Positions 24,147 through 37,700 of a stretch of DNA of 64,000 bases are shown piece after piece; within the stretch, counting starts at the first letter, position 1; every line of letters starts with the position of its first letter. The position numbers and the translations under genes are program-made. The notes under the pieces are model-generated. The model saw nothing but the letters and a program-made list of their open reading frames with translations. It had not been told where the DNA came from and did not search any database. The stretch is from positions 8,559,241 to 8,623,240 of the forward strand of contig OZ316899.1 of NCBI GenBank assembly GCA_973895155.1, written 5' to 3'. The DNA is from Marsupella aquatica (Eukaryota; Plantae; Marchantiophyta).

Positions 24147-25446
24147 ATGTCTGCTTCCGATAGTTCCACATCGGATTCAGACTCAGACACGAGCTCGTCT
24201 GAGGAGGAGGTTCCTCCACCCCCTCCTCCAGACCAACCTCGTGCTCGACCACTAGGGTCCATACCTTGTTGGTGTGTGAGATGTAAGGGACTTGTGGTTC
24301 AACATGCCTAGGAGACTTGTGAGCACATCGAAAACTATGGTCGCCATGAGGGTGATACACCAGGGTATTTGCCTAGCTAGGTAATAAATACGTCCCTCCT
24401 TCATTCCATGAAATTCCAATAATTAGTCCACAAATGCTGAATTACTTTACATCTAAACAACAATTCATGTATTGATTTGTGTCAAATCATTGTTTGTTGA
24501 AATAGGTGCCTCGTAGACCCCCACCTCCTCTGGTTGATAATGCTATGTGGTTGGAAGGGTTTCTAGCAAGGGCTAGTGAGTTGCTTGCATCTGCCCTTGC
24601 CCATCCACCTCTTAGTCCCCCTGCTCCTATCCCCACACATGCGCATGTAGACGAGGATGCACCGGTCTCTCGACCCGAGGAAATGGATACTAGGGTCCTA
24701 CGTACACGTTCACGGTCTCGCAGACGTAGATGACAATATGAACCAGTGGAGCAAGTAGAGAATCGGGAGGAGGCGTTACGTAGTGATCGACCACCCGGAA
24801 ATGGAGATTATATTTGTGTTGAGGGCCGGTTTGGACTATCTTATCTCACTGGTAGGGCTAATGATGTTTGGAAGGACTTTTCTCCTAGTCTCTTCAAATT
24901 TCCAGATTTCATTCATACTGATGAACCAGTTGACATATGGGGTCGGCCTTGGATAGTGAAGGCATCCTCTATTGGTGCTGATATAGGATATGGTCTATAT
25001 GCTTTGGAGGACATTGTGGTCCCTCCAAAGCCATGGAGACGTGGATATGACGGAGAGCACCTTTTCCCTTACATTGGGGCTGTATATAATGCAAAGAGTT
25101 GGAAGACTTTGTTGCGTCAACACCCAGGGGGGTGTACGCCTTGAGGATGGACTCAGACCCAGATGAGGTTTTGACTAGGCCGTGGCATTGTAGGATGATT
25201 GATGGTGACCCTATTCGGAATGGTAATTTAGCAGGGTACATCAATAGTACAACGGGTAGAGGTAGAGATTTTGAGGCTAATGTAGAGTGGATCCAAATTT
25301 TTGGCCCTCCTAGAGATCCGTATTTTGTGAAACATATGGATGACCATATCATGACAGTAGCCATTAGGACTATTAGAGCCGGTGAGGAGATATTGTGTGA
25401 GTATGAGTGGGACGCCCCAAAATTGTCCCTACGTTGCCGTCCATGA
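24147..25446 (+). pseudogene. Transposase-associated Zn exon + SET-domain exon, CACTA-1 copy A
   Basis: Exon 24147-24380 (IPCWCVRCKG..EH..YGRH); intron to 24505; SET motifs IGYGLYALEDI, PYIG, IDGDP..GNLAGYINS, AIRTIRAGEEILCEY. Stops at ~24309, ~24378 and 24731; frameshift in the G-run at ~25130. Confidence 0.8.
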
Positions 25447-25531
25447 TAGTATGTTGGACTTACATGCATGTAAATCTTACATTGAATTAATGAGATTCAT
25501 GATGATTTATATATATATATTGATGATTGTA

Positions 25532-28069
25532 ATGAGATGGTATGGCACTCAAAGAATCATTTTGATATGGCTATGAACTCTAGTGCCATGCGGATGATGG
25601 TTGACTCTCCTGCCAATCGATTTGTTGAGGGCAGATGGGGGGAGTTCAGCACTGAACCACGACATGTTCGACTTGGCTTGGCAGCTGATGGTATCAGCCC
25701 TTTTGCATTGGCGGGTAAAGCAAAACCATATTCAGTATGGCCAGTAGTTTTGACTAACTACAATATCCCTCCATGGATGGCCATGAAGAAAGGTCATTTA
25801 CTGCTCTCCATGATCATCCCGGGTCCTAAGCAAGTAAAAAAGATTGACATCTACTTGCAACCATTGATTGATGAGCTTTTGCAACTGTGGAGAGGAGTGG
25901 ATTGTTATGATGGACATCGCAATACAGGAGGTGTACCTTGCGCATTTACCCTCAAGGCCATCCTTATGTGGACCATGCATGACCTACCAGGTATGACCTG
26001 ATAAACCTTAGCTTATTTCCTTGATGTACTACCTTAAATTTAGTGTGCATTAACCTTATTTCATAATTGGCTGGTTGTATATGGGCTTGGTACAGGGTTT
26101 GGGTATATCTCTGGATTGCAAACATCAGGCTATCGAGCTTGCCCTTCATGCGGACCGGATTTGGAGGGAGTGGCAAGACGCAAGTCAAGTACTTTGCGTA
26201 AGATAGTTTACATTGGTCATACCAAATATCTTCCAGCAGACCATCCTGGCTTGGAGGAGTGATCATTTCTTGTATGACACTGATGAGGGCCAACCTGATA
26301 CTCGTCCTCAACCTCAGCGAAAGGATCCAACATATTGGAGAGAGGTATGGGAGAGAGTTCAAGACCCTGATGATCCATTACAGTTTCTCCGATGTGGCAT
26401 GACCCGTTTATCTGCATTGTCACAGTTGCCATATTGGTCAGAGATGCCTATTAATCACTTGTTGGATGCGATGCGCATTGAGGGAAATGTGGGGAGATCA
26501 TTGATCCATCATCTATATGGGGAGAAGAACCACAATTGGAGAGAGAGTTGTGAGGAGATGGGGATGCATGGTCTTTTGGGGTTTTTGCCATCTTTGGACC
26601 CCCCTGGTGATCCCCCTAGCATCCATCCTCCTTGGGTTTTGACCAGGGCAGAGCGCATAGAGTTTTGCAGACGGATTGGGTCAATGAGGTTTCCCACGGG
26701 TTATGGTGCCAATCTTCGTAAGGCATTTGGGGGGGATGATTCTCCAAAATGGCCATCGTACCTGAAAACACATGATTATCATCGGTTACTAGAACATGTC
26801 ATTCCAGTTGCGATTATTGGATTGGGTAGTGAGGAACTTCGTGATGCTCTTTGGTCATTGGGCAAGTTTTTGAGATGGGTATGTCAGAAGGAGGTACTAG
26901 AGGATGACATTGCTGCGATGGAGATATTTGGAGTAGAGGTTGTTTGCAAGTTGGAGAAGGCACTTCCACCCTCATTCTTTGATGGTCAGGTTCATTTCCT
27001 CATACATTTAGTGCGTGAGGTAGCAATTGCAGGCCCGGTACATTGTCGATGGATGTATTGGGTAGAGCGTTACATGGGGGTGATAAAGTCATATGTCTCT
27101 AATCGGGCTAGGGTGGAAGGTAGCATTGCAGAGCGTCATCTTGGAGCAGAGAGTATGTTTTATTGTACAAACATAGTTGCCACACTAGATCCAAGGGCAC
27201 CTAGGGGATGGATAGATGAGGCAGCACGAGAGGCAGACTATGAGGATGATAGACTCACTGGGGCATCAGGAGAGCGTGGCTTAGGCTCAGCAGAGCGTTT
27301 GCAACTTACAACATTTATGTTGTATAACTCACCAGAGGTTGTAGGGGAGTGGACAACATTTTATGAGGAGGAGAAGCAAAATAGTCAACGACCACGGTTG
27401 TTTCCCAAGTTTCACCCATACATGAAATCAAAGTTGTTAGAAGTGGATGCCTTGGTGGGTACCGGAGACAGTATATTACATTACCCACAAGTGACTGATA
27501 AGCTTCGTACCTTGGTTCATGGTCCACTGCTTAAAGTTACGACTCAGACGGCAATGTGGTCAAAGGGGAGACATTTCCGTGTGGAACGACTTGATGAGAA
27601 GAGAGCATCTACACAAGATTGTGGGGTGATGGGTTGGTTCACCTAGGATTCCCAGAGTAGCACGTCGAACATGAACCCCATTCGCTCCACCGTGGCCCAT
27701 TATGGGAAGATTGATGAGATCCTGACAGTGAAGTACCATGCACATACTACTTTGGAGGAGGTGGTATTTAAGTGCAAATGGTTCAAGATGAATCTTGTAG
27801 GCAACAATCGAACATGTGAAGATGATGCGTGCGGATTTACCCGTTTGAAGACATCTGCAAATAGTGTCATTAGTTCCAATTGGAGGTCCTCAGATCCCTT
27901 TGCCTTCCCACATCACCTTGAGCAATGCTTTTACCTACCCTATCCAGATGACCCACATTGGTCCATTGTCATGCCTTATATCCCTAGATCACCGGCTATA
28001 GTCCAAGAGAGACCCAATGTCGTTGTAGTGGAAGACAACGACATCCCCGACCCTCCACAAGCTAGTTAG
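25532..28069 (+). pseudogene. CACTA TnpD/Tnp2 transposase (Transposase_21, DUF4218, DUF4216), copy A, 5'-deleted
   Basis: RLGLAADGISPF..YSVWPVVLTNYNIPPW; LKTHDYH; FFDGQVH..GPVHCRWMYWVER; YGKIDEI..FKCKWF. ~750-bp deletion relative to copy B; TAG at 27644; frameshift ~26248. Confidence 0.92.
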
Positions 28070-29096
28070 TATATTTTGTATGTAGCTAGGCCCCCCCCCC
28101 AACCACACCACCTTCATGTTTTTTTTAATTGGCAATATAAAAGTTGGCATCATTACTTCTTTAATTGTCATGGTATGCACATGCCCAAAATCTCTTGGTT
28201 ATATATAGAAGTGTCCTTACCTTATATACCCTTCCTAAGAATCCCCCCGCCTTATGTCCCATTGACTGTCCCATGAAAAAGCCATCGGATTTCCATCGCA
28301 CCTTCTAAAAACAGAAACCAGACCGATACTCCCAACTACGGACTATTCCATATAAAACCCATCGGACATACATTTCCGATCCTCTCCACAACTGACACCT
28401 TCTCCTCCTTTGTTGACGAGATATCCGATCCAACATCCGATGGACAATGTCCGACATCATTTTTTACGCACAAACTATCCGACCCTAAACCCAACGGACA
28501 CAAATATCCGATGCATTCCGTGACGGTCCTAGTCCGATACAACTACCAACGCAAACATCTTGCGATGCATTAAGGTTCGGACCAATTATGCGGTCATGGC
28601 GATATAGTTTCCAATATGTTTAGTGTCGGATACTGTCCGATAGTAGTATGATGGGACAGTGTATGCGATGGGTTTTACATTGGAATATGTAGGTCCGATG
28701 GTATCAGGATCGGAAAATACGTTGCGGGGCATATCGGATATTGTCCGAAGTGTTCGGCATGGGATGAGTGACGTTTGGGTCAAAAGGAGTATCGGAAAAC
28801 AGCCAAAAATGTACTAGTGTCAATGAATTAATGGGCCATGTGATAACCTGAAAAATGTGATTTATGTCTGACTTATTTGTCTCAACCACTATCATAGCCT
28901 ATTTAGGATGTATAAATTACAACCCTTATCACACTGCTTCATACCAATCCTATTTGAAAAATTCCTGTTTTACATGTCACGACTATTGTATGTGATTCAA
29001 ATGCATGAAGTGTTGTTGCAGATCTCCTTTGGTGAATCATAGCCACAAAATTGAGGTGTTGGTGGAGCAATTGTACTAGGGGATCAGTTTTGTGTG

Positions 29097-29442
29097 GGGT
29101 ATTTACAAACGACAGGAAACAACAAATAGTAACAGGAAACAGAAACTGGTAACAGGAAAATGAGTGGTAATTTTTTTGGAAATTTTTTTGAAATTTTTTT
29201 TGAAATTTTTTTTGAAGTTTGTTTTTTTTTGAATTTTTTTTTTTTGCTAGCGCTGGTAATGCTAGCGCCCAAAGCTAGCCAAAAAATGTTATAATTTAAT
29301 TTTTTTTGGAAAATTTGACGTTTTAGAAAATATTTTGACATTGTTATTTTTCCTGGTAACAGTAAATTTTTGCTGGTAACAGGAAAATTTTTACTGGTAC
29401 CAGTAAGCCTGTTTCCTGTTTACTGTCACGCATGCCATACCC
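29097..29442. mobile_element. 346-bp non-autonomous MULE/MITE related to the 10566-21821 element
   Basis: TSD GTTTTGTGTG at 29087-29096 and 29443-29452; ends GGGTATTTACAAACGACAG...CTGTCACGCATGCCATACCC; GGTAACAG repeats; empty site in the paralog at ~45900-45925. Confidence 0.88.
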
Positions 29443-29625
29443 GTTTTGTGTGTGGGCTCAACAAACCAAAAGTATGTTTGCTCTGCATCCTTGTGTGACC
29501 ATTCCAATTCATTGTAGTAGCAAATGCCTTTGTACCTTAAATGCTAAATTTTACTTTTTGTGCAGTCTCCTAAAATGTATTGCCTGTACCATCTCTTAAT
29601 TGTATTGTCTGTCTCATGCATAGGC

Positions 29626-30133
29626 ATGGCACGCCCCAAAATTCCAGCAAAAAAGCGTGTGATAGAGGTGAGCAACACAAGTGTACCTGGGCCACATGTT
29701 ACTAACTTCTCCGCAAGTCAGATTTTCCAGAAGGCAACTCATTGTTGTGCCATTTGTGACAATGGCGGGAGCTTGGTCATCTGTGAGGGCCCTTGCATGA
29801 GGCATTTCCACCTCAACCCGGAGTCTGACCTTGCTGTAGAAAACAACTGTCCAGGGGTGGGCCTCCCCTCAACACACCAAGGAGACTGGATGTGCACTGA
29901 TTGTTTGGAGAAGCAAGCTAAGTGTGCACAGTGTGGGAAGTTGGGGTCCTATGAGGGCTCTGTTGATGCTGACCAGATGTTAGGAAATGTCCAGACCGTT
30001 TTTGTGTGAGGTTTTTCTGTTTTGAGTGTTTGCCTACTCATGCCACAGCTTGCCCACTTCATAGGTGCAAGGCATGTGGTGAGCATGATGATGAGTAGTG
30101 GGCTAACATAGTCCACTATGCTAGGTGTCCCAC
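29626..30133 (+). pseudogene. Truncated EDM2-like PHD-finger gene (paralog of 45059-45739)
   Basis: CAICDNGGSLVICEGPCMRHFH...WMCTDC..CAQCGKLGS; frameshifted and cut at 30133. Confidence 0.8.
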
Positions 30134-31630
30134 TTGCTATGGAGACCGTGCATGGCCGGGCCAAAAGAGATCTGTGAGTTTATCTCCAATTTCGACACCG
30201 ATGCATCGACCACTAAGGTTTCAGGGCAGACCTTATCACTCATAGAGCATCAGTTGGCACAGATCTTCTGCCTGCCAAGCGGGCCGGTGCCGGTTGAACT
30301 CCAAATTTGGGATAAGGAGTATACACCTCGGCACTTCAAACCCAAAGGTAAGACGGACAACGGATACAAGCAGGGGTCGTGCACCAACTTAATTTGCATG
30401 GAGCGGCTTAACTTCATACGGACTACCCTACACATGATTGAGCCACGATTCCACATTTCCCTCTGCACGATTGTGCAGCTACAGTACAAACGGCGGAACT
30501 GGGCCCAATTCTTTTACCAAAGGTTCTCAGGAGAGCTTAAGCGGGCTCAGGGAGGAATGGCTATCGGGGGGAAGACTTACCTAGGAAGTCATATCGCCAT
30601 CATCCTCGCCTGGTACAAGGCACGGCGGGAGGCCAGGGGAAAGAATATGGTCACCTCAGCCCCAACTAATGTCACCCCCGCTACGAAGGAGGCAACCCCG
30701 AGCAAGCGAACTACCTCGCCTTGAAAAAACCCCGAGCCGGAAGCCCTGACTAATACTCCGTTACCTCCCGGGTTTAAATTCCGCCGCCCCGTTCCGTTGA
30801 GCCTCCGCTACCCCCAATACAACCGCCTCCAATCCCTCCACCACCTGAAGAAACCTTCCCCTCCCCAACGCAGACTGCGGAGGAGCTCGTTGCCCCGCCC
30901 GAGGAACCACCGGTACCCGATAGGATGGAGGACTACCAGTAGCCCCAGGGACCATGGCCTACGACCTGGTCAGAAGTTTGGTCAGACTCTATCAGGGGAG
31001 CTGGCGACGTACATCGGACAACAAGTCTCGGCGTACTTTCAACCAGCCTTCTTCATGTTAGAGCACCAACCACGGATTGTCGGTCTCTTGGAAGAAGAAC
31101 TGATGGCAAAGGGGAATGAGATCGGACGCCTCCAAATGCTGGTAGAACACCTCGAGGAGGAGGCCACTAACCACAGTGAGGAGTTAGTCCGCACCATTGA
31201 ACAGCAGGATGGACTAACCCAGGAGTTGAGCAGGGCGCAAGCAGATCTCAAGAAGCTGGACGACACCGTGCTTCAGTTATGCTTGGAATCCTTGGCTCGG
31301 GTTACCAACCTGACCAATTCCTACAAGCGGCTCAACAGGTAGCTAGTCTCTCCGCCGAACAGGATAAATTGCTGGCGCAGGACCAGACCCATCGTGACGC
31401 CATCAACCAACTCAACCTGGAGGTAGCACGGCTCCAGACAGAGGCTGATGAAGCTGCAAACGAGGCAAAGGAGGCAGTGCGGGACAACAAGGCCTTACAG
31501 GACCGCATTACCCTACTCGTCCTCCAGCGGGAAAGACCTGGGGCCACCTCTGATCAAGGCGGCTCGAGGTCTCTCCCCGACAGGGGACAAACCCTGGTCC
31601 GACCATGGCTCGCACGTGAGGGGTGGTTAG
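30134..31630 (+). pseudogene. Gypsy accessory ORF (plant-transposon/PMD-like N-terminal part + coiled coil), disrupted
   Basis: EICEFISNFD..VSGQTLSL..LAQIFCLP and NWAQFFY patterns; a heptad-rich coiled coil also present at 7794-8455 on the minus strand. Confidence 0.5.
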
Positions 31631-32718
31631 CAAAGGGAGGAAGCAAGCGCCGCACAAGGCGGTTGAGTCAACGGCATCTTCTGGTTAGGCGTAACGACAG
31701 AATAGCTATCATTAGGCGCCGATTAGCGGTAGTCGGAAGAATTAGGACCAGATCAGTTAGGATCAGCCAACGTAGGATAGAGTCCATCAACAGACTAGAT
31801 TTTGGTCAGTAGACTTAGCTGCTGCCATCCCGGTCAGCGCCCTTGTCGTCAACGATCAACGGGTCAGAGGAGTGCGGCCGATTAGTCAGAGGGTAGTTGG
31901 TCAGTAGGCATTACCCTGGAAGGTAGTATCTTCCGGTTCCCTTCCGCAACCGTAGTATTTAGGCTTCCCCTTCCGCTGTGGAAGGGGGAGAAGGCTTAGT
32001 TATTTCAGCCTAAGGAAAGGCGAGGCACGGGGAGTCCCGGCCTGATCAGGGTCAGAGTGCACCAAGGAGTGAGAGCCAGAGTCAAGCTTGTTGGGCAAGT
32101 GCGGGGCGGGGCCTCGTAGAGACTGGGCATCGACTGCCGTTGGGCCTACTGACCCCCTTAGAAGTTGAGTCAACTATGTAAACTGATTCTTTGCTGAGTA
32201 AATGTAGTCTTTTCCCTCTAATGTTTCCGCGAGTAACTGGTGTTGTGTGTATGCTTTGTCTGGGCAAAGGCGCCATTTCAAGGGACGTACCGGGTGCGGA
32301 TTAATGGTAGGGATTGCCACCCATTGCATGTCACAAAGTTCTGTCGCGTCGATGGCTTGAAAGCCCCAAGCCGGGAGTTAGTCTGAGTCGCTAACTGTGG
32401 GAATATTCCAGCGGTGGAAAACAAATATACCTATGACTAGTACGAGTTGTGTTAGTGTTATACCAGTACGTATATTGCCTTAGCCCAACTTAGGGTCAAT
32501 CGAGGCCACTACACACCTCCTCGCCCGAACCCTCACCCCTACTGGTGGTCAAGGTCGCCCCATGGAACTAAACTGGATTTAAGGCCCGGGTTAGGGGTGG
32601 GACATACGGCGACCAGTTTTTTGGCACTAGATGGAGGGGACACTCATTTTGCCTTACGAGTGGAGCCGTGTAGTGAGCTATTAACTCTTGATTTTGTCCT
32701 TAACGTGTAGGAAGGGGC

Positions 32719-33983
32719 ATGCCCCTTACCCGGTCACAATCTGCATATTTACAACAACCAGACGGAGCATCAAGTTTGATAGGAAATACTGCATCTGGCG
32801 GAACGGGGAGCTCGCCTTCCCAAGCAGGATCACTTACTGTGATGGGAACCCAAGCACCAACGGCGGGAGGAACTCCACCGGTTCCACCAGCCCCATAGGT
32901 ACCAGGTGCGTTGCAACCCCCTGCGACGCAGAACGTGTCACAGCGGTCTCGGTTCCACTATCGACCCTTCAAGAGACGACCCACGGACGACCCCGATGAA
33001 TGGATAGTTGAGTTTGAGGCCACAGCCAAGGCAAATGGCGAGGAGGCCATTAAGCTAACCATCCTTCTAGGTGTGCTACGAGGAGAAGCGCGCCCGTGGT
33101 TTAACTTGCAACCCCCCGGCTTCACATGGGACCAGTTCCGGACGGCATTTTTGCAAGAGTTTAGGCCCGTGGGGATCGAATCTCGGGCCCTGTCAAAAAT
33201 CGGACAAATGCAGATGGGTAAGCATGACTCACTTTGCAAATTTCTGCAGCGATTCTAGAAGGTCGTCGCCAAGATTCGGCCTAAGCCCAATGACTCCCTG
33301 TTGAGGAAATGGTTTGTTAATGCGCTACCCCAGAGGATGGCATTCTCAGTGATAGAAAAGAAGACCACCACTCTACAACAAGCAATTGATAGTGCCGAAT
33401 CCTTCAGGGAATTGCACTATGCCTCTTAGCTTAATAAGAGGATTAAGCATAAGAAGAGCAGGAGGTACCATACCTTCAGCGATTCCAACTCTGAGTACGA
33501 CAAGAAGAAAAGGAAGAAAAGACGACAACATAAGAAGAAGGGCCGGACAAGCTCTTTGTCAGACTTTGATTCAGAGTCTAGTGATTCCCTGTCCAGCAAC
33601 TCGACGTCGACTGGCTCATCCTCCAGCGATACCGAGTCAGAGTCTCGTAATCACCGTAGGAAGAAGGGATCACGGTCAGATGCGGGTAAAAATAAACCGC
33701 GATCCAAGGTCGGCACCACAGACCACAAGGCCGCGGAGGTAGAAAAGCTGAACAAAATCACAGACCGGCTGAAAGCACTATCGGTGCACTTGGCGGAGAA
33801 CCCGCCTGACAAGAAGAAACCACCGGAAATCCGAGCACATGCTTGGTGCTCCAAGTGTTATCAGTCTGGACACGTGGTGCAAGAATGCCCAAGGTGGAAC
33901 ACTCGTGTGCACCAGATAGAGTTGGAACCCGGATAGTCCAAGCCAGAAGGAAGCACAATGGAGTACTTCTTCGAAGATCCGTC
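32719..33983 (+). pseudogene. Gypsy gag, 5' part
   Basis: DDPDEWIVEFE..LRGEARPWF..TWDQFRTAFLQEF (retrotransposon gag); CSKCYQSGHVVQEC zinc knuckle; stops and frameshifts present. Confidence 0.85.
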
Positions 33984-34789
33984 CACTAGTAGAAATCGGG
34001 GGGTATTTAGACCCCATTAAACGACTATTCAGTACCGTATAGGACTTGGAAACGACTGGGAAGGACTCCAGTCCTTTATAGGACTATGAGTCGTATGTTT
34101 TGTTACTATAATCAACTGAGTCCTTTATAGAACTGGTTTATAAGTCGTTTTATAGACTGGATTTTCAGTCTATTGTAGTCTTTGTGTGGGTAGGTTTGGT
34201 GAGTCTTTTTCAGTCTTTTATGGGCTGCGATGGTGAGTCGTTGGGAATGACTCAAAAGGTTATGGAGGGTAGTCTTTAAGTATACTTTGTGGGTTTATAA
34301 AATGACTAAAGTAGCCACTTTGTGGGGTATGTACAAGTCTTTCATGTCAACTGGAAATGAGTGATGAAGACCCCACTATATACTTGGAATGAACTCACTC
34401 TATAAGGTCACCATTCACCATGTTAACATTAGAACCTCACACAAATTTTCAGAAAGCCATCTTCTATACCATGTACACTAATATGAATTCACAGATTCAA
34501 ACACCATAGACTACAAAGAAGGTCACAAAGCATTTGTCTATACCATACACACTAATATTGAAATGATACAAAACAGATTCAAGTATCATAGACAATCACC
34601 ATAGAGCCATAGTTTGACATCAATCACTTGTTTCATACATACAGAACTCATAAATATCAATGTCACACACAACGGCTCCTTCATCCTCTTTACCAAATGG
34701 AAAAATTGGTACAGATATTTCTTGGATCTTTCCAAGGCAATGTCAAAATGTAACACAATTCACATGATTCTATCTACACTTGTATTCAG

Positions 34790-37700
34790 TCACTGCAGAC
34801 TAACACACTCTGATGGCCAGAGCACAAGAGATCCTACTGCATCTGCAATTATTTCCTGAGGTGGATCATCGTCTCTATTCGGAAATGGCAAATTACAATC
34901 AGATACAATCACTGTAGTCAACAACACTACTACATGGTCATCCGGGACCACTTTGCCATGGAATTTAGCATGATCCGGTCGCAAAATGCCTGTACCCACA
35001 CATACCTGCGAGTCATCCTCCCATGATAGAAGATTATGGACTGGCTCTGTTGTGGCTATCACCTCCACCTTACCTTGGCTGTTTTTCTTGGCTTTCCTAG
35101 GTGGCTTATACATGACATTATTCATACCTTGGTTGCGAGTCATGACTTTGGCACGAGTGTTTTGTGCTGGTGATCGAGAATTGGCTACACTCTTCTTCAA
35201 AGAATCTGCATCCATATTTGACACTTCCGATTGTGTAGCAGGATTTCCCTGCGACATCATCTCAGTATCTGCCAACATTGTACTTGCTTCAATTGAAGCA
35301 TCTACAATCTTACTTGCATCCAATGTTGCTCCCAAGTTTTGACGTCGCTTCACCCTGCTCCCACTTGGTTGAGAGTCTGTCAACTCTGCATCAACTACAA
35401 TTCAGTGCATTGTCCAACATAAGTGAATCACTCATCACATGTGCGCCATGTACATGTCACCAACCACAAAGTTGTCACTATCTCCTTACCATTATGAACA
35501 GCCTTCTTCCCCTTCTTTGCCATTGCCATATCCTCCATGTCTGCTTCTGCTGATCAATAAACACACCACAATATTCAGGTTCAATCTATTAACCACTGAA
35601 TTGTTTCTCAACAATGGTAGGAGAGGAATTTAAAGCATCAGCTTACCTGATACCTCCTTGGCTATGGTCACTGAGGCACTGGGCACATCTTTTTCATTGC
35701 TCTTTGAATCACCTGATACATCAATCATGATGTCACTTCAGATCCCAGTTGATCCAACCAGTTCTTACAGAAAAGATTACCTCCAACCGGCTTAAGCTTC
35801 ACAAAACTCCATGCACTTTTCAAATGTAATGTACTGGATCATAGTAGGTTACCTGTCTCAGCAACCTTTTTGCCATTCTGCTTACTGATTACAGGGTCCT
35901 TCTCTGCCTCCACTCTTCCTGCATTCAAACCATTCACTCAATTCATGAAAACTTACTTCTAACATTTGAACATAGGACACAATGAACAATGGGCCGGTGT
36001 CATTTCCATACCTGTGTCAGATTTGCCAATTCCCTTTTTTGTTAACAAGGGCACACTTTGTACAATGTTGCCCTCATTGTTTGGTTGGGAACCACCCAAT
36101 TTTTCAATCACAAGCTTGAAATTAGATTCCACTGATGCAAGAAGGTTCGCTACAGGTGCCTCCACAATATCCAAACGATCAGCCAATTTACTTTCCACTC
36201 GAGGGAGTCCACACTCTAATGACTTCAACCGTTCACACATCTCTGTGAGAGTTGTAACAGTTCCCTGTCATAACACAGCTTACATATCTCAGATAATTGT
36301 CCCCAAGAACTGGTTGCTTACTTCCTACTACAATTCTTTCTGATGCTGAAGGCCAAATAGTCACAGAACATACAGAATTACAACATAATCACCTGTTTGG
36401 AAGTCACACTTGTCACCTCACTCCTTTTTTTCATGAACTCCTCTCTCACTTCTTGTGCTGATGGTTCTTCACCTGTCAATTTCTTCTGCAGTCCACATCA
36501 ACATACATATGAATGAAACCAAGTGTTGATTGTCAATGAAAATGTAATAATGGTAGCAAGATGATAAGTTTGAGGCTTACTATCAGGCATGTCACTGCCT
36601 TACCAATTGTTCTTTCACTGGAGCATAACTTCCTCTCCCAGCCTGTGACAGGTGTTTCACTTTGCCTCGAGCATTTGACATCAGTTCACTCTTGCTCTGA
36701 CCAGCCTCCGACATGAACCCTTTGATTAACCGTGTCCATTGATCCAATTCCAATGATGGGGGTGGTGGCATTCTCCTGTTAGAACCATTGTCTATCCACA
36801 TCCTTTTCAACCTATGCCTCTCTTGTTTCAAAATCCTCATTGCATAATCTGATATGCAATCTTCAACTGGGCCCTTACCATCATTACCAACATAGTCCCA
36901 CCGTTCAAGAATGTCCTTGCAGATAGCAGCCCAATCAGCTTTGTTCTGACTCCTAAACTCTATAATGCTCAAATCTAACCAACGCAATACTTCTCTTCTT
37001 AGGTCAGAATGCCAACGGTTCTTACCATCACATGTGGGAGTTATCCAACCATCAGAATTCACTTCTACTTTACCAAATTTGTTACTGTCTCCTGCCTTGG
37101 TACTCCCTGAAGCGCTACTAGGTGTCCCTCCACGGCCTGGGGTCCCTCCACGGCCTGATCTCCCCCCACGGCCTGGATTGCATTGTCCAAACCTCCCTAG
37201 AGTCCCTGCACATTTACAGGATCCATTAGGTAAGTATGAATCATAAATCCTACTGCCAAATATACACTGGACTTCAGAGCAATTCTGCAATGACCAAGTT
37301 ACCTCTCCCTTGGCGCATAGATGGTTCTGGACCACCTGTCCTATTGCTTTGTCTTGATGAATTAGGGCCGTTTCTCCCGCCTGTGAATGATTGCCTCCTA
37401 TCTGAACATGGATGGCCTTTGTTGTTTTCGTGATTGTCCCAATCAGAGTTTGCATACCAACAGGTACATGCCACACTCATGGACCTGTAAGATAAACTCT
37501 TTGCCCTAGCTACACATCAGATAAGTGCATATTGAGCTAAATCTCTACTACCGTCACAAAATCACTAGCACAAGGCACTTACTTGTCCAATCATCCTCCT
37601 CACCTTCCATTGCCCTCTATACCCGTCGCTACCACGCTCTGGGTGTTCATATTCATCCCATCCATCTTCTGCTCCATCATAGTCATCATCATAATTATCA

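Larger units (their letters stand above)
8455..28819 (+). mobile_element. CACTA/EnSpm family-1 element, copy A (left end truncated; interrupted by a MULE and a NUPT)
   Basis: Right terminus ...AAAATGTACTAGTG at 28819 (rc CACTAGTACA). Dense (A)TCGGA/TCCGA subterminal repeats; TnpD-type ORFs; near-identical to 54049-63771. Confidence 0.9.
28820..30133 (+). mobile_element. Diverged CACTA family-2 remnant, part 2
   Basis: Inverted similarity to 45230-46180; continues the collinear series of 1127-6817. Confidence 0.8.

Noticed and set aside
30126-30133. TGTCCCAC as the 5' start of an LTR (inverted match to GTGGGACA at 32597-32604)
   Set aside because: The same 8-mer belongs to the PHD gene paralog (rc 45231-45238), and the sequence after it starts mid-ORF. 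It is more likely a deletion junction.
32605-32640. Specific tRNA primer-binding site
   Set aside because: Two PBS-like strings (CGGCGACC, TGGCACTAGA) are present; I cannot assign a tRNA without a search.
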